DNA from: Eledone cirrhosa
Lineage: Eukaryota
Assembly (NCBI GenBank): GCA_964016885.1
Contig: OZ024747.1
Span: forward strand, 86,614,001-86,678,000
Direction: 5' to 3'
DNA: 64,000 bases
The notes beneath the pieces are model-generated. The model did not search any database. It was not told the origin of the DNA and was given only the letters and a program-made list of their open reading frames with translations. The position numbers and the translations under genes were made by a program. This document shows positions 13,467 through 27,899 of the stretch, piece after piece. The stretch's first letter is position 1. Each line of letters opens with the position of its first letter.

Positions 13467-13551
13467 CCTTTACCGAATCGGTTTCGAGTCTCAAAAATAA
13501 ATGGACAGTCCTTGCGGCCTTCCATTTCAAAGATAAACTCTCGTCAGAAGG
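13467..13551 (-). ncRNA. Type I hammerhead ribozyme with extended stem II (family P, element about 13275-13570)
   Basis: cctt CTGACGA gagt..aaatgga..tccattt..actc GAAA ccg-att-cgg TA aagg; all core positions are canonical. Confidence 0.9.
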
Positions 13552-13568
13552 GTCTTTTCACTAATCAA

Positions 13569-13627
<59 letters not shown>

Positions 13628-13632
<5 letters not shown>

Positions 13633-13822
13633 AGATTCAGGACTCCGACGGTTGAGCTCCGTTTCAACAGCTAGATCCGAACTATATCGGGTCTAGCTGT
13701 CGAAAAGGCCGGAGCTCAACCGTCGGAGTCCTGAATCTTTTCATATTACCCACTCTACTACCTCAAGTTTCGAGTACTCTGGTGGGGTATGGTCTAGCTG
13801 GTTTTTACCACACCCTATCTGA
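13628..13822 (+). mobile_element. HHR-element family C, palindrome centred on stem II
   Basis: Arms 13628-13680 and 13687-13745 around acagctagatccga-actata-tcgggtctagctgt; tail runs to 13822. Confidence 0.82.
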
Positions 13823-13837
13823 TATATATATATATAT

Positions 13838-14192
13838 AGATTCCCGAGTTGTGTCGGCGGGTAACCACAGAACCACAGTCTAAAAAAATCACTCAATATA
13901 TTAATAGAGTTTTGGCATTTTTAAAATTTTATATAGAAGTGTCCTCTACAGGACTAGAACTGTTTCATTTGAATAGAATCATCAGCAATGTAAATTCTCG
14001 ATGATTTTATACAAATGAAACAGTTCAAGTCTTGTAGATGTCATTTACTCTATTACCTACTCCAGCCACCCGGCCGATGTCATACTGGGTCAGGGCTCTA
14101 TATAAAATAAAACAAATACCTATACTCTACCAATGTATTGAATACCTTTTTAACTGTGGTTACACCCTCCCTGACATGACTCGCTAATCTAC

Positions 14193-14197
<5 letters not shown>
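13838..14197. mobile_element. Older head-to-head family B element with two degenerate HHRs (13943-13989 -, 13994-14040 +)
   Basis: GAAACAGTTC(T/A)AGTC(C/T)TGTAGA occurs on both strands, and both ends carry the CTGTGGTTAC tail. Confidence 0.75.
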
Positions 14198-14249
<52 letters not shown>

Positions 14250-15562
14250 ACACACACATACACACACGCACACACACACACATACACCCCCCTCCATATA
14301 TATATATAATGCTGAAAGCATACAAAAGTCTGTATCAACTAAACAAAGATTCATTTGCTTCGTCAAAATAATAAAACATTTTAAATCTAGATGTATGACC
14401 GCCCACCAACTATTATCTCTGACGTTTGAAATGGCGATATGTACTAGTTGAAATACTAGAATACCAAACTACAACTAATCTGCTTGAACAAGCATCGTTA
14501 AGTATGATATCGCAACCAAAAGCAACCCACGTGTTTAGTGTTGATCGATTATTAAAATAACATTTTAAACTTTAGCCTTATAAAATGAGTAGTTCGTAAG
14601 CAATCACTGTCGGCTACAAACATATGCTCTTGATATTTCTTAATTTCATTACAGGTGTTTAATAAATTCACAAACATTCTAGTGACTGGTGTGACGAACT
14701 TTAAAATGGATGAAGCAGTTATCGGCAGCTCATTGCTTAACCATTCCGAGCTATAACTACTACATTTGAATGTATAGACGGGATTATCTCACAATTACAA
14801 GTTATGAATGTATTTCGTTCAATCGACAGTCCATGCTACAGTCCCGTCTTACACTTCAGTTGCAAAGACAAATGGAATCAGACACATCAAAATCTAACAG
14901 GATGGCACATCACCACATTTTACAAATGCCAACACATAATTACCAATGAACCCATTTTGTTGACAGGTCCACTAGAGGAGACTCCGTATCGTTGGCATAC
15001 CAGCTTACCTGACTTAGCATAACTTGATCTTTATTGCTGAGACGTGGTAATAACATGGGTCTCCAAGCCGGGCAGGTCACAGAATCTTTGTTGAATCAAA
15101 GTTTAACGAGTGATTCCCGACAAAAATAGATAATGTCAATCAGAAGGAAATATTGGGTGCAGTGCAGGAACTCTTTTTACCGCTCTTAATATGTAAAGAA
15201 CTTAGAGTAATTGATTGGAAGAATTGGTAGAGCAACGGATGAAATGTCATTGCCGTATTTATTCTGGCTTTTTACATTCTGACTTCAAATCTCGTCGTTG
15301 TCATATTTTCATACTTCCGGTGTCGATAAGATTAGTGACAGTCAAATACTATGGTTGATTGAGTCAACTTTGCCCTTTGCCCCAAACTTTTCTGGCCTTG
15401 TAGTCCAATAAGAAATCAATATATAAATGATCTACATAGTGATAATTTTTAAAATATCCTGTAACATTCACTTTATTTAGTTATATGTTTGCCGGTATTT
15501 ATACTATTTAGTTTATTTGAATAATAAAATATTACCATTAATTTCCGTTGAAAAACACATCT

Positions 15563-15564
<2 letters not shown>

Positions 15565-15644
<80 letters not shown>

Positions 15645-15820
15645 ACATTCACACACACACACACACACACACGCACACACACACACACACACGCACACAC
15701 ACACAGACACAAACACACACACAAACACACACATACACACACACACACATATATACACACACCCACTCACATACACACACAAGTCTCCCACACACACATA
15801 TAGACAAACACACACTCACC
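15565..15820. repeat. (CA)n-rich compound microsatellite
   Basis: Directly visible; the source of several spurious ORFs. Confidence 0.95.
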
Positions 15821-16359
15821 CCCCTGCCAAACATATGATTATGTTTGATAGGTCTTGAGGTAAGGGCTGTGTCCATGACAATTGCAAGCCCTCCAAGACC
15901 TAAGAGACTGATGCTGTTGATGTTCATTTATTTATATATATATTCAAATTTTTGCAGGTAGAGTCCACAAGAAAAGCCACTCAGAGCTATAATTCTAGAC
16001 GGACGAGGTCCTGCGAGGAAAGAAGTGAATGTAGTGGTTAGTGAGGGGATTTGGGGACATAATTTGGGTGATGAATGGAGAAGAGACGAGAGGGCATAAG
16101 CATGCCTGCTCCTCTTTTGGTGATTTGGTGGAGATTTTAGGAAGTTGTGTTACCATGTAGACGTTTTCTCCGGGATGGGTGGAATCGGTAGAGTGGCCGA
16201 CGACATTCGGCGTTTTATTTTATTCGTTCAAATATTTTAGTAACCTCAAAGAGGTCAACTTGGCCTCTCATCTTTCGCGATTAAAGAAAATAAAGTATTA
16301 CTCGTGTATTGAAGGTGCTCGCCATAGTTAAGATATTGGGCTTACAAATTAAAACTTAC

Positions 16360-17341
16360 CTGAATAATTAGAATTTTCATCCCAGGCTGCCCACATCTGA
16401 CACACGAAAAAAGGTGACCAGCATATAAAATAGCAGGCAACTACACTTAAAGATAGAGCCACAGATCGCACTTTGGCCCGAGAAATTCCTCTGTTGTAAT
16501 TGACACTCTGTCCTTCCATATTCTCATCGGAAAAGCCTCGAGTTGAATTGTTTTGTCCAATACGAGTAGATACACGATTTGTGAGAAAGGTTCGATTTCG
16601 TATTCGGGAACTGCCCAAAGTAGAACGTGCTCTCTTCCACACAGCATAGCATATCATTCCATAAAACAGAGTAAGTGCTACTGTGGGTAAAATCCAAATT
16701 GCCACTGTTAACCAAGTGATGTAAAATTTTAAAGTCCATTCGGGGTTAAAGGTCGCCCGGCAAGTGAGACCAATACACGTGTATTTCATGCTCCATATGA
16801 AAAACTGTGGAATACTGAATAGAAACGATAGTACCCACGCAATGAAAACCATAACATGCACCCTGGCAGTTGTCCACTTGTGACTGGATAAAGGGTGACA
16901 TATGGCAAAATAACGGTCAATGGCTGTTGCCACAAGGACATAGCTGGATGCATATACAGCTACACTTTGTAGATAAGTGATAACGCGGCAAAGTAAATCA
17001 GTGCCGAGAAATAAGGACGTAATGTCCCAAATCATTTGAGGTAGGTTGTTAAAGAAGGCGACGAAGAGGTCAGTCAAAGACAGGTGCAAAATAAACAGAT
17101 GCATGCGAGTCAATTTTTTTCTCTGCTTGAACAACGTTATTAGAACAACGCTGTTACCTAAGACAGTAACTATGATTAAGGTGGCCAGGGTAATAATTTC
17201 GGCATTAGCGAGCGCTTCGTCACGTTGCAGCAGTTGAGTTTCATTCTTTGTCTCGGAGAAATTATTCCATATTTCCGTCGACGAAAAATTATTCCATATT
17301 TGCGTCGAGAGTTCATTTGGGTTTGTAGTGATGTCTATCAT
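16360..17341 (-). CDS. CTR1: Vasopressin/oxytocin-family class A GPCR, cephalotocin receptor 1-like; first coding exon (TM1-TM6)
   Basis: Contains GNSVV (TM1), RMHLFILHLSLTDLFVAFF..LPQMIWDIT (TM2), ASSYVLVATAIDRYFAICHPL (TM3), ISRAKVRSV and CWSPFFVCQMWAAWD (TM6), plus N-terminal NFS glycosylation sites. It is very similar to the O. vulgaris CTR1 sequence as I recall it. The exon ends at CAG|GTAAGT (GT at 16359-16358), the intron position typical of this receptor family. Confidence 0.93.
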
Positions 17342-17467
17342 AGCTGTTACTTTGATTTTTGTTGAAGAAAATATATACTGAATTGGAAAGTATTAGTAAA
17401 TAAACGTATCCTTTTTTATTAGTAAATTCGATTGTAAACAGAGTATTGCCAGTTAAATTAGCCACAG

Positions 17468-17525
<58 letters not shown>

Positions 17526-17675
17526 TGGAGATGATAACGTAGTAATTTAGGTTGTTTGTCAATCCGTAAAAGTATTGTCCTGATCAAAAAATAAACACGG
17601 ATGGGTTGTAATTAATTCCACGTTTCTTCGAAGCATCTTCGATACCTGAAAAATAAATTGAAATATTATTTCATA
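17342..17675 (-). other. Probable 5' UTR part of the exon with splice acceptor at 17647-17646
   Basis: Minus strand reads TTTCAATTTATTTTTCAG|GTATCG, a polypyrimidine tract plus AG about 300 nt upstream of the ATG. The putative UTR contains a (TA)n tract. Confidence 0.5.
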
Positions 17676-17717
17676 AATGGAGTATATACATGACCGATAT
17701 ATATATATATATATATA

Positions 17718-18540
17718 CTAGCAGCAGTACCCAGCGTTGCCTGGGTAGGTAAAATAATATCTGCTTTGATGAAAAGGTGTTGATCCTAGCGACTGCTTCT
17801 CGATGACTCATCTATGGCCACACACAGGCCATGCGGGGAAGGGTGGTGATGAATCTCTATCACCGAGAAACGCGGGTGAGTGACGAAGGGGCATGCTGGG
17901 GGAGGGAGTTTCGAATTTGAACGAAATCGGTTGAAAAATGTGGGAGCTAGAGCCGAAAAGGCGGAAATTTGAGTGAAAAGGTGGTATTTTCGAAAATTAA
18001 AGCGGCTGCTACGCCGTTCCTAAACAAAATAACCAAAATGTAAAGCCACTTTAAGACGTGAAATAATCAGATCTAGCGTAGTGTAAAATTTGAACAAAGT
18101 AGGTTGAAAAAGTGGAAATTTGAGCCTAAAAGTGGTATTTTTGAATATTTAAGCGGCTGCCACGCCGTCCCTGAACAACAAATGCAAAATATAAAGCCAT
18201 TACAGGATGTGCAATGATAAATTCTATTTTGCTTTAAAATCTGAACGAAATCGGTGGCAAAATGTGGGAGCTAGAGCCAAAAATCTTATTTTTCGATAAC
18301 CCCCCCCCCCCCCCCCCCCCAAAAAAAAAGGTGACCCCCCCTATCGATTTTTATCTGCAGAATGACCCAGGAATAAAAAAAAAACGATACCCTGATATAT
18401 AGAAAGCACTCCCCGCTGAATAATCTATGAGTCTGTAAAGTTTCATGAAAATCGGTCGTAAGATGTAGGCCCCTATAGGTAATACACAGACACACAGACA
18501 CACAGACACACACGCATACTTAATTTTATATATATACAGA
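17718..18540 (-). mobile_element. Non-autonomous Helitron
   Basis: Minus strand: A|TCTGTATATATATAAAA, then (GTGTCT)-type repeats, hairpin ACCCAGGCAACGCTGGGT and CTAG|T. Internal roughly 160-nt tandem subrepeats at 17913-18285. Confidence 0.85.
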
Positions 18541-18555
18541 TATACAGTATATATA

Positions 18556-20358
18556 CAATGATATTTAATAAATGGAAACTATATTTATAAAACCATATTT
18601 ATTCTATTATATATATTTCAAGGGCACCAAAACTTTGGTACGCTTTCATCAGATAAAATACAAAGTTTGTTTTATAAATGTTGACATAACCAAGAAAAGA
18701 CACCTTAACGGTTCAAGTGTTTCTTGGTTAGTGAAGGGGAAGGAGAAGAAAAGTCAGATGTTTCAAATTATTAAGATGAATCTGCAAATGAGGTTGAGAT
18801 ATAGGGCTAAAAAAACGTTATTTTAGACGCTATGCAGAATTTAAATAATTAGAATATATGTATGTATGAGTAGGAAGAAGAAAAAAAGAAAGAAGAGCTT
18901 GTATTTACCTTAATTTAAAAGGAATTAACAATTTTCGGGAATGGTGGAATATGATTCCAGAATTTAAATTTATTTAGCTATATTATGAGTTATAATATTG
19001 TATATATAATCAATTAGATTATATGAAGAATTATGGTTGTAAGTAGATTTTATCTTATTACATTACAATAGGTTGTAAGTATATAAATATCTATATACTT
19101 ATATATAGATTAATAATTGTGCATGTATAAGTATTATAGAAATAGAAATAATCTACAATTATTAGTTGTTTATATTTCTAATATGAGTTACGAAGGAAGT
19201 TGATGTTGCATTTTACATAAACAACACATAGTTCAAGTTGTAAGAGGAGAACAATTTGTAGATTTAAATATTTTGTTCCAACATTGAAAATGTTTTCAGA
19301 ATATTGTTAATTTAGCGAAGTTATATAGTTTATCATACATATTATATTATAATATAATGTTTATGTTTGCACGATTGAAAAGGGAAAGATAACTCCAATC
19401 TTGTTTGTTAACCGTTAAATTTGGTGAATAATTTACTCGGAAATATATAGAAAAAATTATATATTATTTTGTGTGAGATTAATTTCAATTATATATTATT
19501 TTAGTCGAAAGATGTGTGAAAGTTTGAAGATAAAAGGAAGAGGAAAAAAGTAATGAGCATTTCGAAGAACTATCGTAAAGAGGATAAACTTTCAGAATGT
19601 CAATTAAAGATTATCAATCTACATCTAAAAAAATATATTTAGAGGGGTATCATTAGGAAAATAATGTCAAAAGGTAAAAATAGTAAAAAAAAATATTAAA
19701 AGATAAAAAAAAATAATGTCAAATGGTAAAAATATTAGAAATATTAAAAATTAAGAAGGAAGATCATTTTAAACAATGATATACTTAGAATATGTAATAA
19801 AATAAAATCTACTTACAACCATAATTCTTCATATAATCTAATTGGTTACATATACAATATTATAACTCGTAATATAGCTAAATAAATTTAAATTCTGGAA
19901 TCATATTCCACCATTCCCGCAAATTGTTAATTCCTTTTAAATTAACGTAAATACGTAAATACATATATTCTAATTATTTAAATTCTGCATAGCGTCTAAA
20001 ATAACGTTTTTTCAGCTCTATACCTCAACCTCATTTGCATACTCATCTTAATAATTTGAAATATCTGACTTTTCTTCTCCTTCCCCTTCACTATCCAAGA
20101 AACACTTGAACCGTTAAGGTGTCTTTTCTTGGTTATGTCAAAATTTATAAAACAAACTTTGTATTTTATCTGATGAAAGCGTACCAAAGTTTTGGTACCC
20201 TTGAAATATATATAATAGAATAAATATGGTTTTATAAATATAGTTTCCATTTATTAAATATCATTGAATATTATACACCAGAAAACTTGTCGAGTACTCT
20301 GAATCAGTTATAAACATTTATATTTGTTGAATTACCAACAAATTGAATATCCCTTTGG

Positions 20359-20362
<4 letters not shown>
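18556..20362. mobile_element. HHR-element family D, large fold-back (arms about 500 bp, AT-rich spacer)
   Basis: 18556-19060 is the reverse complement of about 19797-20266; tail 20267-20362. HHRs at 18600-18660 (-) and 20162-20222 (+). Confidence 0.9.
20162..20222 (+). ncRNA. Minimal type I hammerhead ribozyme (family D)
   Basis: tattttat CTGATGA aag-c-gtacc-aaagtttt-ggtac-c-ctt GAAA tatata TA atagaata; stem III is the palindrome ATATATAT. Confidence 0.88.
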
Positions 20363-20417
<55 letters not shown>

Positions 20418-20419
20418 TA

Positions 20420-20457
<38 letters not shown>

Positions 20458-20461
<4 letters not shown>

Positions 20462-20638
20462 TAGTAACACAACAGTTAGTTCACCATACCGACATTAATT
20501 GTTTCTCCTTATGATCCGCATAAGGTGAAACAATTGTTCTCGGTATGGTGAACTAACTGTTGTTACTACTTCTACCAAACTCGTCCCATGGACTGAGTGC
20601 TCTACCACTACGGATATTACCTTCCAGTGTTCTACCTC
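20458..20638 (+). mobile_element. HHR-element family I, palindrome centred on stem II
   Basis: t-ccttatg-atccg-cataagg-t GAAA caattg TT ctcg; arms 20459-20507 and 20528-20571. A second copy lies at 55242-55358. Confidence 0.78.
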
Positions 20639-20667
20639 TCTCTCTCTCTATATAAATATATATATAA

Positions 20668-20711
<44 letters not shown>

Positions 20712-21485
20712 ATGTCCAAGGCGCCACGCAGTAGGACTGGACTGTGAACCATGTGGTGTTTTGAAGCAAATTTGCGACTCTATCGTGATAAATGTTTAAA
20801 AAATGACAGGCGTTATTGGTGTTAGTGTTTCCTGTCAAGGTTTGCTATTCAACATAATTTACACCCATGGCATCTTGTATTTATTAATGAATGGCAAATA
20901 AACAAATAATATATGTTATGTTGATAAATACATTTAACAAAACATTATTTTGTTAACATCTCTCGTCACGATTTGCCATTCAAACATAAACCATATCTAC
21001 GATATCAATCATATTCAACTGGACCTCAAAAATGTCTCTAAATTATTAGATTTTCTTGTCAGACAAACCACATATTTGAAATAAATCAGACCTAAACTAT
21101 TTTCAGATTTCTTTCTAGCTTGTACTAGCCAGAAGAAAAGTTTGAAAATACTTGGAATAAATTTGTGGCAGATGATAAACGAGACTTCAAAATCTACCCC
21201 AACCTTGTAATCTGCAGTCAAGGTTTTTCTGTAGGAAACTTAAATTATTATGTAGCAGCTTGCATAGTAGTGTTTAATTTTACCTACGAATCACAAATAC
21301 TATCCCCGCATGTAAAACGTTGCTTCATGCCTCATGTTATATAGGTCCTACCACTAACTTATTAGGGAAAACAGCTTCAAAACGCTTGTTGTTACAATAA
21401 CAAATACGTTACGTTTCAGATTTTCTGAGGAAGAATGTTTTGCATAGATATGGTTCTGTGTTTAAAACTATAGAGGCTGATATAT

Positions 21486-21668
21486 AATGGTTTCTTATGT
21501 AAGCACAAGGTCAGTAATTTGGGGCGGGAGAGTCGATTAAATCGACCTCAGTGCGTGACTGGTACTTTATTTTATCGACCCCGTAAGGATGAAAGGCAAA
21601 GTTAACCTCGACGGGATTTGAATTCAGATCATAAAGGGCCGTAACTCTATGCTACAAAGCATGGTCTG
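21486..21668 (-). mobile_element. SINE S1 (long form)
   Basis: Homologous to 655-873. Confidence 0.85.
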
Positions 21669-22338
21669 ATATATATAATGCTATGTTAACTGTGAAAGTT
21701 TGAGACAAAGCGAAGTAGTTAATTAATGTAGCGAAATTATTTGGGTTTGCAGAAGTTGACTGAAGTAAAGAGAAAGTCCATGTCTTTGTAGTTTTTTCCT
21801 TTGTCTTTTTTTAGTGCATTCCTCCCATGTTGAGATTCGTATTCGATAACGTCTTACTTGCGCGGATCATTTTAACACACATTTAAAAATAAACATTATT
21901 CTGTCAGCAATCTTCCTTCCTGTCTTCTGCTTCTAATTTTTTCTCTCTTTCTCTTTCTATCTCTCTCACTCTGTCTTTGCCTATTCTTCTCCCCCCACCC
22001 ACACTTCCTGTATCTTAGGCCACTTACACACGACCTAATTTATCTAAGTGGTTCGAGGTATCGCCAGTTGTTCTGAGCCCTCTCTTCGTAGGGCTACAGT
22101 CTAAATTATTTAGCGTATTTTATCTCTTCCGTTTTAGTTGAAGTACATTGGCGTGTAGCATGCTTTTGGCTTTATTAGAGTATTTTACTCTATGTTTCCC
22201 ATGCACACTTGAATAAATGATCTTGACTTTAATTAACCGAAACAATAAGGATTTCTAGAAGTTGACTGAAGAGACAGAACTATCCTTTTTTCCGTTGTTC
22301 TTAAGTGACATCTTCTTTTCGATAGACACACACACACG

Positions 22339-22464
<126 letters not shown>

Positions 22465-22794
22465 GATAGACAGATAGATCCATTTTAGATCCAGTCATCT
22501 TCTCAACAACAAAGATGAACAAACCTGCCTCAACACTTAGTTTTAAATATTTAATTCTTAATTCTTTTTAATTCTTTTTAATTCTTTTTAATTGTAAAAC
22601 TCAACATTTGATGCGATGGATTTCATTGATACATCGAAACCGGTTATATTTTATATATTTTATATACATTATAAAACACTTTTTAAAAAAGAATTGTCCC
22701 TCTCATTTTTTCAATAATGTCGCTTTGACGAATCAAAGAAGAAAAAAAGAGAAACAGATCCTTAAATATATTTTCCGTGCTATTTCGAATCCCA

Positions 22795-23605
<811 letters not shown>

Positions 23606-24401
23606 AATGGAAAGAAAAGCTGAAGTGAGATACCCTACATAGATAGTACAACTGAATGAAATAAACTGAGACACAATGCAGTGGTGAATGAATGCTCGAC
23701 TGATTTACTGAATAGGAAATAATATAATGAATAAAACGTATGACAAATCTGTAGAAAAACGAATTGACGTGTTATTCTGCTTCACTGCAAATTATCAGTA
23801 GATTCTATGGCAGTCATCAATGCATTGTAATTGAAATTATCTACCTATTATTCCTTGTTTGACTGTCACGCAATGTAATAAGGAATCTCTTCGTCCTCTG
23901 TCTTTACAGTTTTCTATTTCCGATGGAAATTGGTATAATGCCATCCTTAAATGTGCAATGGTGTTTGGGGGTAAAACCGTGCATTGTGAAGAATCGCAGA
24001 GCTTCTATTTACACACCTGTTGAAAACAATCAATAGATTTACACGTACGAGTATGCTTGTGTCCATGAGTGCATGAGTGAGCCCCTGCGTGGGTATGTGC
24101 GCTTTTGAGGATTTTTCATTACGTTAGCAATTTTCTAATCCACACAAACGTGTTGACTTTGATATATTTATTTATTTATTTATTTATTTACTACAGGCTT
24201 TCTAATATCTGTCATATTTTGCTTTATGTATTTTTATTATGTAAGTTATGAGGATTATATTTATATAGTTATTTCTCTCTCTCTTTCCACAAATGCACAC
24301 ATACATGCACACAGACACACACGCACACACATACACACACATATACAGACACACGCACACAGACACAGACACACGCACAAAGACACACACAGACACACAC
24401 A

Positions 24402-24440
<39 letters not shown>

Positions 24441-24456
24441 TTATACATATATATAT

Positions 24457-24660
24457 AGTAGACGGCTCAGAGAAAAGAGTACTCAATACCTAGAGATAGT
24501 TTTAATAGTATTTTTATTAAGGCTAAATAGTGAGTTTTCATGCACTGGAGTTTCGTCTGTTTATCACAAGGTCAGGGTTAGGGTTCTAGTCTGATGACCC
24601 TACAGTAAACAGGTGAAAGTCTAGGAAAACACGACTCACTATTTAGCCTTAATAAAACGA
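24457..24660. mobile_element. HHR-element family K, fold-back
   Basis: ttttattaaggctaaatagtgagt (24513-24535) is inverted at 24634-24657; tail 24457-24510. Confidence 0.8.
24587..24641 (+). ncRNA. Type I hammerhead ribozyme (family K)
   Basis: tagt CTGATGA c-cct-acagtaaac-agg-t GAAA gtc-taggaaaacac-gac TC acta. Confidence 0.88.
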
Positions 24661-24681
24661 ATACATACATATATACACACA

Positions 24682-25331
24682 CAAGGGTACACAATAAAAT
24701 ACAATGAAGATATATATTAGTTTAACACTTGATATGTTAGGTAAAAAGTCTTCATCTTTCGGACTTTAGTCCTTCACCAGAAAATGAAACGAGAGCCAAA
24801 GATAGAGTAGGAATATAGCCGAGAGAAAGAAGAGGAAAAACTGAAAGAAATTCGAGAGAAAGTACGTGTGTGTGTGTAATAAGATACTATGGGTGCAATA
24901 GAGCAATGACCCGGTGGAAGTGGAGTGAAAAGATGGTAAAACATAGGTGGAGGGAGAAAAAGAGTGAGGAAAGGTTAGAAGACTAAAATGGAACGTAAAG
25001 GGTGATAGGAGACGAGAATAGTGAAAGAGATATTGGTTGAGAAAAGAATAGTTTGAGAAAGTTGTAGTGAATTGTGAAACATTGTTATAAGGGGAAAAGG
25101 AACAAAGTCAAGCAATCTAAAGAGATATCCAGGTAGACGTTCAAGTGGAGTTCGAGCAATATCCAGTTCCAGGGTGCAGATCTAATGTAGGAATCACCGT
25201 AAGCGTTCAAATTTGTATGCATGTGAAAAGTAAACGATTAAACAACACAGGGAAAGGGTGCAGTCCAATCAAGATATATATTAGTTTAAAGTTTGATATA
25301 GTAGGAAAAGACACTTAACGTTTCGGATTCA
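24682..25331 (-). mobile_element. Direct-repeat-bounded retrozyme-like element family L (period about 564 nt)
   Basis: AAGATATATATTAGTTTAA..TTTCGGA occurs at 24707-24763 and 25271-25327. Minus strand shows CTGGTGA a-ggac-taaa-gtcc GAAA in one repeat and ..tcc GAAA cg TT aag in the other. Confidence 0.7.
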
Positions 25332-25382
25332 TACGCACAGACACACATATATATACATGCATACATACATACAGACATATAT

Positions 25383-25571
25383 AAAGAAAGTGTGGTAAGG
25401 AACCAGGTGGACGATAACGCACCAGAGTACTCGATACTTAGAGTAGTAGAGTGGGTAATAGGAAAAGAGTCAGGACCACGATGGATGAGCTCCAGTCGTT
25501 TCGACAGCTTGATCCGAAACAGCTACCTGTCGAAACGGTCGGAGCTCAGCCATCGGGGTCCCGACTCTTTC
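25383..25571 (-). mobile_element. HHR-element family C
   Basis: Homologous to 8984-9148; palindrome centre at about 25503-25531 (stem II). Confidence 0.8.
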
Positions 25572-25577
25572 TCTCTC

Positions 25578-25633
<56 letters not shown>

Positions 25634-25742
25634 ATATATATATAGTTATTAATTAATATTTGCTCGATGGTTCTTATATATTTGATATATATTTATCCTT
25701 ATCGAGCCCTCTTTGGATTTTAGTCTTCACAATTATTATTAT

Positions 25743-25829
<87 letters not shown>

Positions 25830-27806
25830 AGGTTGTTTGTGTGTGTGTGAGGTTGCGTGTGTGTGCACTTTACAAGATTTAAGAGTATGCTGTAGCTATT
25901 TATACGATTTGTTCACTAGAATTACATCAACCCCATAAATCAAATGATTTACATCCGTAGCTTGGTGTCAACTTACTGATGGATTTCATATTATTGTTAT
26001 TTGTTGGTTTCGGTTGTTTCGGTCCTATTATTTTAGTTACTTATATATACTACTCCATCATTATTATAACTGAATTGTTTCAATAAGTACCATATTTAAA
26101 GTGTAGTGTCTAACTGGGCCTCTGTTCTGAGTCTCCTTTACGCCGATTATATACTGTTCTAACCGAAAGATTCGTGCAATTCAAAATCTTTTAATATTCA
26201 AGGGTTCAAAGATGCTGGAAATGTAGAATTTTTACGGCTCGAACAAATTGCTTTGCGGCATTTACTTACAGCTCTTTCCGCCCTGAGTTTAAATCCCACA
26301 GAGATTAATTTGGCTTTTCTTCATTTGGGGGTCGATAAAATAAAGTACCTCTCAAGTTATGTAATTCGATGCAATCAACAATCCTCATACCCCACCAACA
26401 AATAATATTGTGGGTATTTTGCTTAAATCTGAAATTATATCTAAAAGAGTCAAAAGAATATTTTTATTTCCAAAATCCTGTACTATTTTACTCATTTATT
26501 ATTTGATTTAGTATTGTTTCCCTAACGAAATACTCAAATTTGATCATCAAAATCAGAATAAATTGATAAAAAAATATTTTTTATGGTTTCTTATTCGTCC
26601 TCCACGCGTTATTCTTTAGAATGTTTCAATATTTGCCACACCCCTTCCATGGACGAAATTTTACGACTGAAAATAGTAAATTAATAAGATAAAAGAATAG
26701 CAATTCTATTGCTTATCTAATCTTTTCCATCAGGATTCTCTCATATTTTGTGGCATGTATCTATGCAAAGCTTTAAATAATGGTCTCATTTTTGTTTGTG
26801 ATTATGCATGCTCTATTTTTATAGATGATATCCCGTTGGTTCCGTTTACATTTTCAAATTCAGAGTTTCATTATTATTATTATCCTCCAGTTGCACCCAT
26901 AAACCAATCATTGTGGTGTAGATAAACTAAAATGTAGCATAGAAAGAAGTCGCAAAACGGGGTTATTAAATTAAATATAAGAAACTAATATTTTACTGTT
27001 TCATTAAACTCATAAAATGTGGAAAGTGATATAAGACTAAACAATGCAAAATGGACGATAAGATGAAGGTAACGAAAAAGTAAGTTACCTGAAAACCCAT
27101 TTTCTTGTTGCTGCTGTTGTTTCTTTTATCCTAATATTTCGGGACTTAAAATTCCCTTCTTCGGAATATAAGGAATTTTCAGAGAAAACATATTCCGGTT
27201 TCTACTCTTTGGAATTAAATTTAAATTCCATAAACCACTTTCAAGCGTTGTTTGATGGTTACTTTGCTATTCTAAAAGGATCTGTTCTCACATTATGTTC
27301 CACTAAAGGTTCTACCTTTATAGAGGTAAAGCTCTAAATATTTTTAGAACTTCACTTATTAATTTTACAGTTATTTTATTTTAAGACGGGTTAAAAGAAT
27401 AATTGAAAAGAATCTGTAAACACGTTCATCCATTTTGTTTCTCATAATGAGTATATTGAAGAAAAAAATACAAATTTTCTATGAAATATATAATAAATAA
27501 ATAGCTCCTAGTTTTGACGAAATAATTTCTTACATGTAGAATCACGTACGTTAGGAAACATATCATAAACATGTTTTTCTACGTACATAGTTTAAACAAT
27601 AACAAATTCATACATTGTAAGGCTTCACATCTCATCAAAAATATTTTACTAAAACAATTAAAGTAAAAAGAAATCTAATGCTTTCTATTATCAGTTGCCT
27701 CAAATAAAAATATTTTATGTAGAAATATTTTATGAAGAAATATTTTTCCTGCTATCCTCTTATGAATAAGCTTTCAGATTTATTTCTTCACCGTAAATAT
27801 TCGATG

Positions 27807-27899
<93 letters not shown>

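Noticed and set aside
18556-20362. Interpreting the fold-backs as MITEs or Foldback DNA transposons with TA target duplications
   Set aside because: The inverted repeats are not terminal (one arm has an extra tail), arm length varies among copies of one family, and the arms contain ribozymes.
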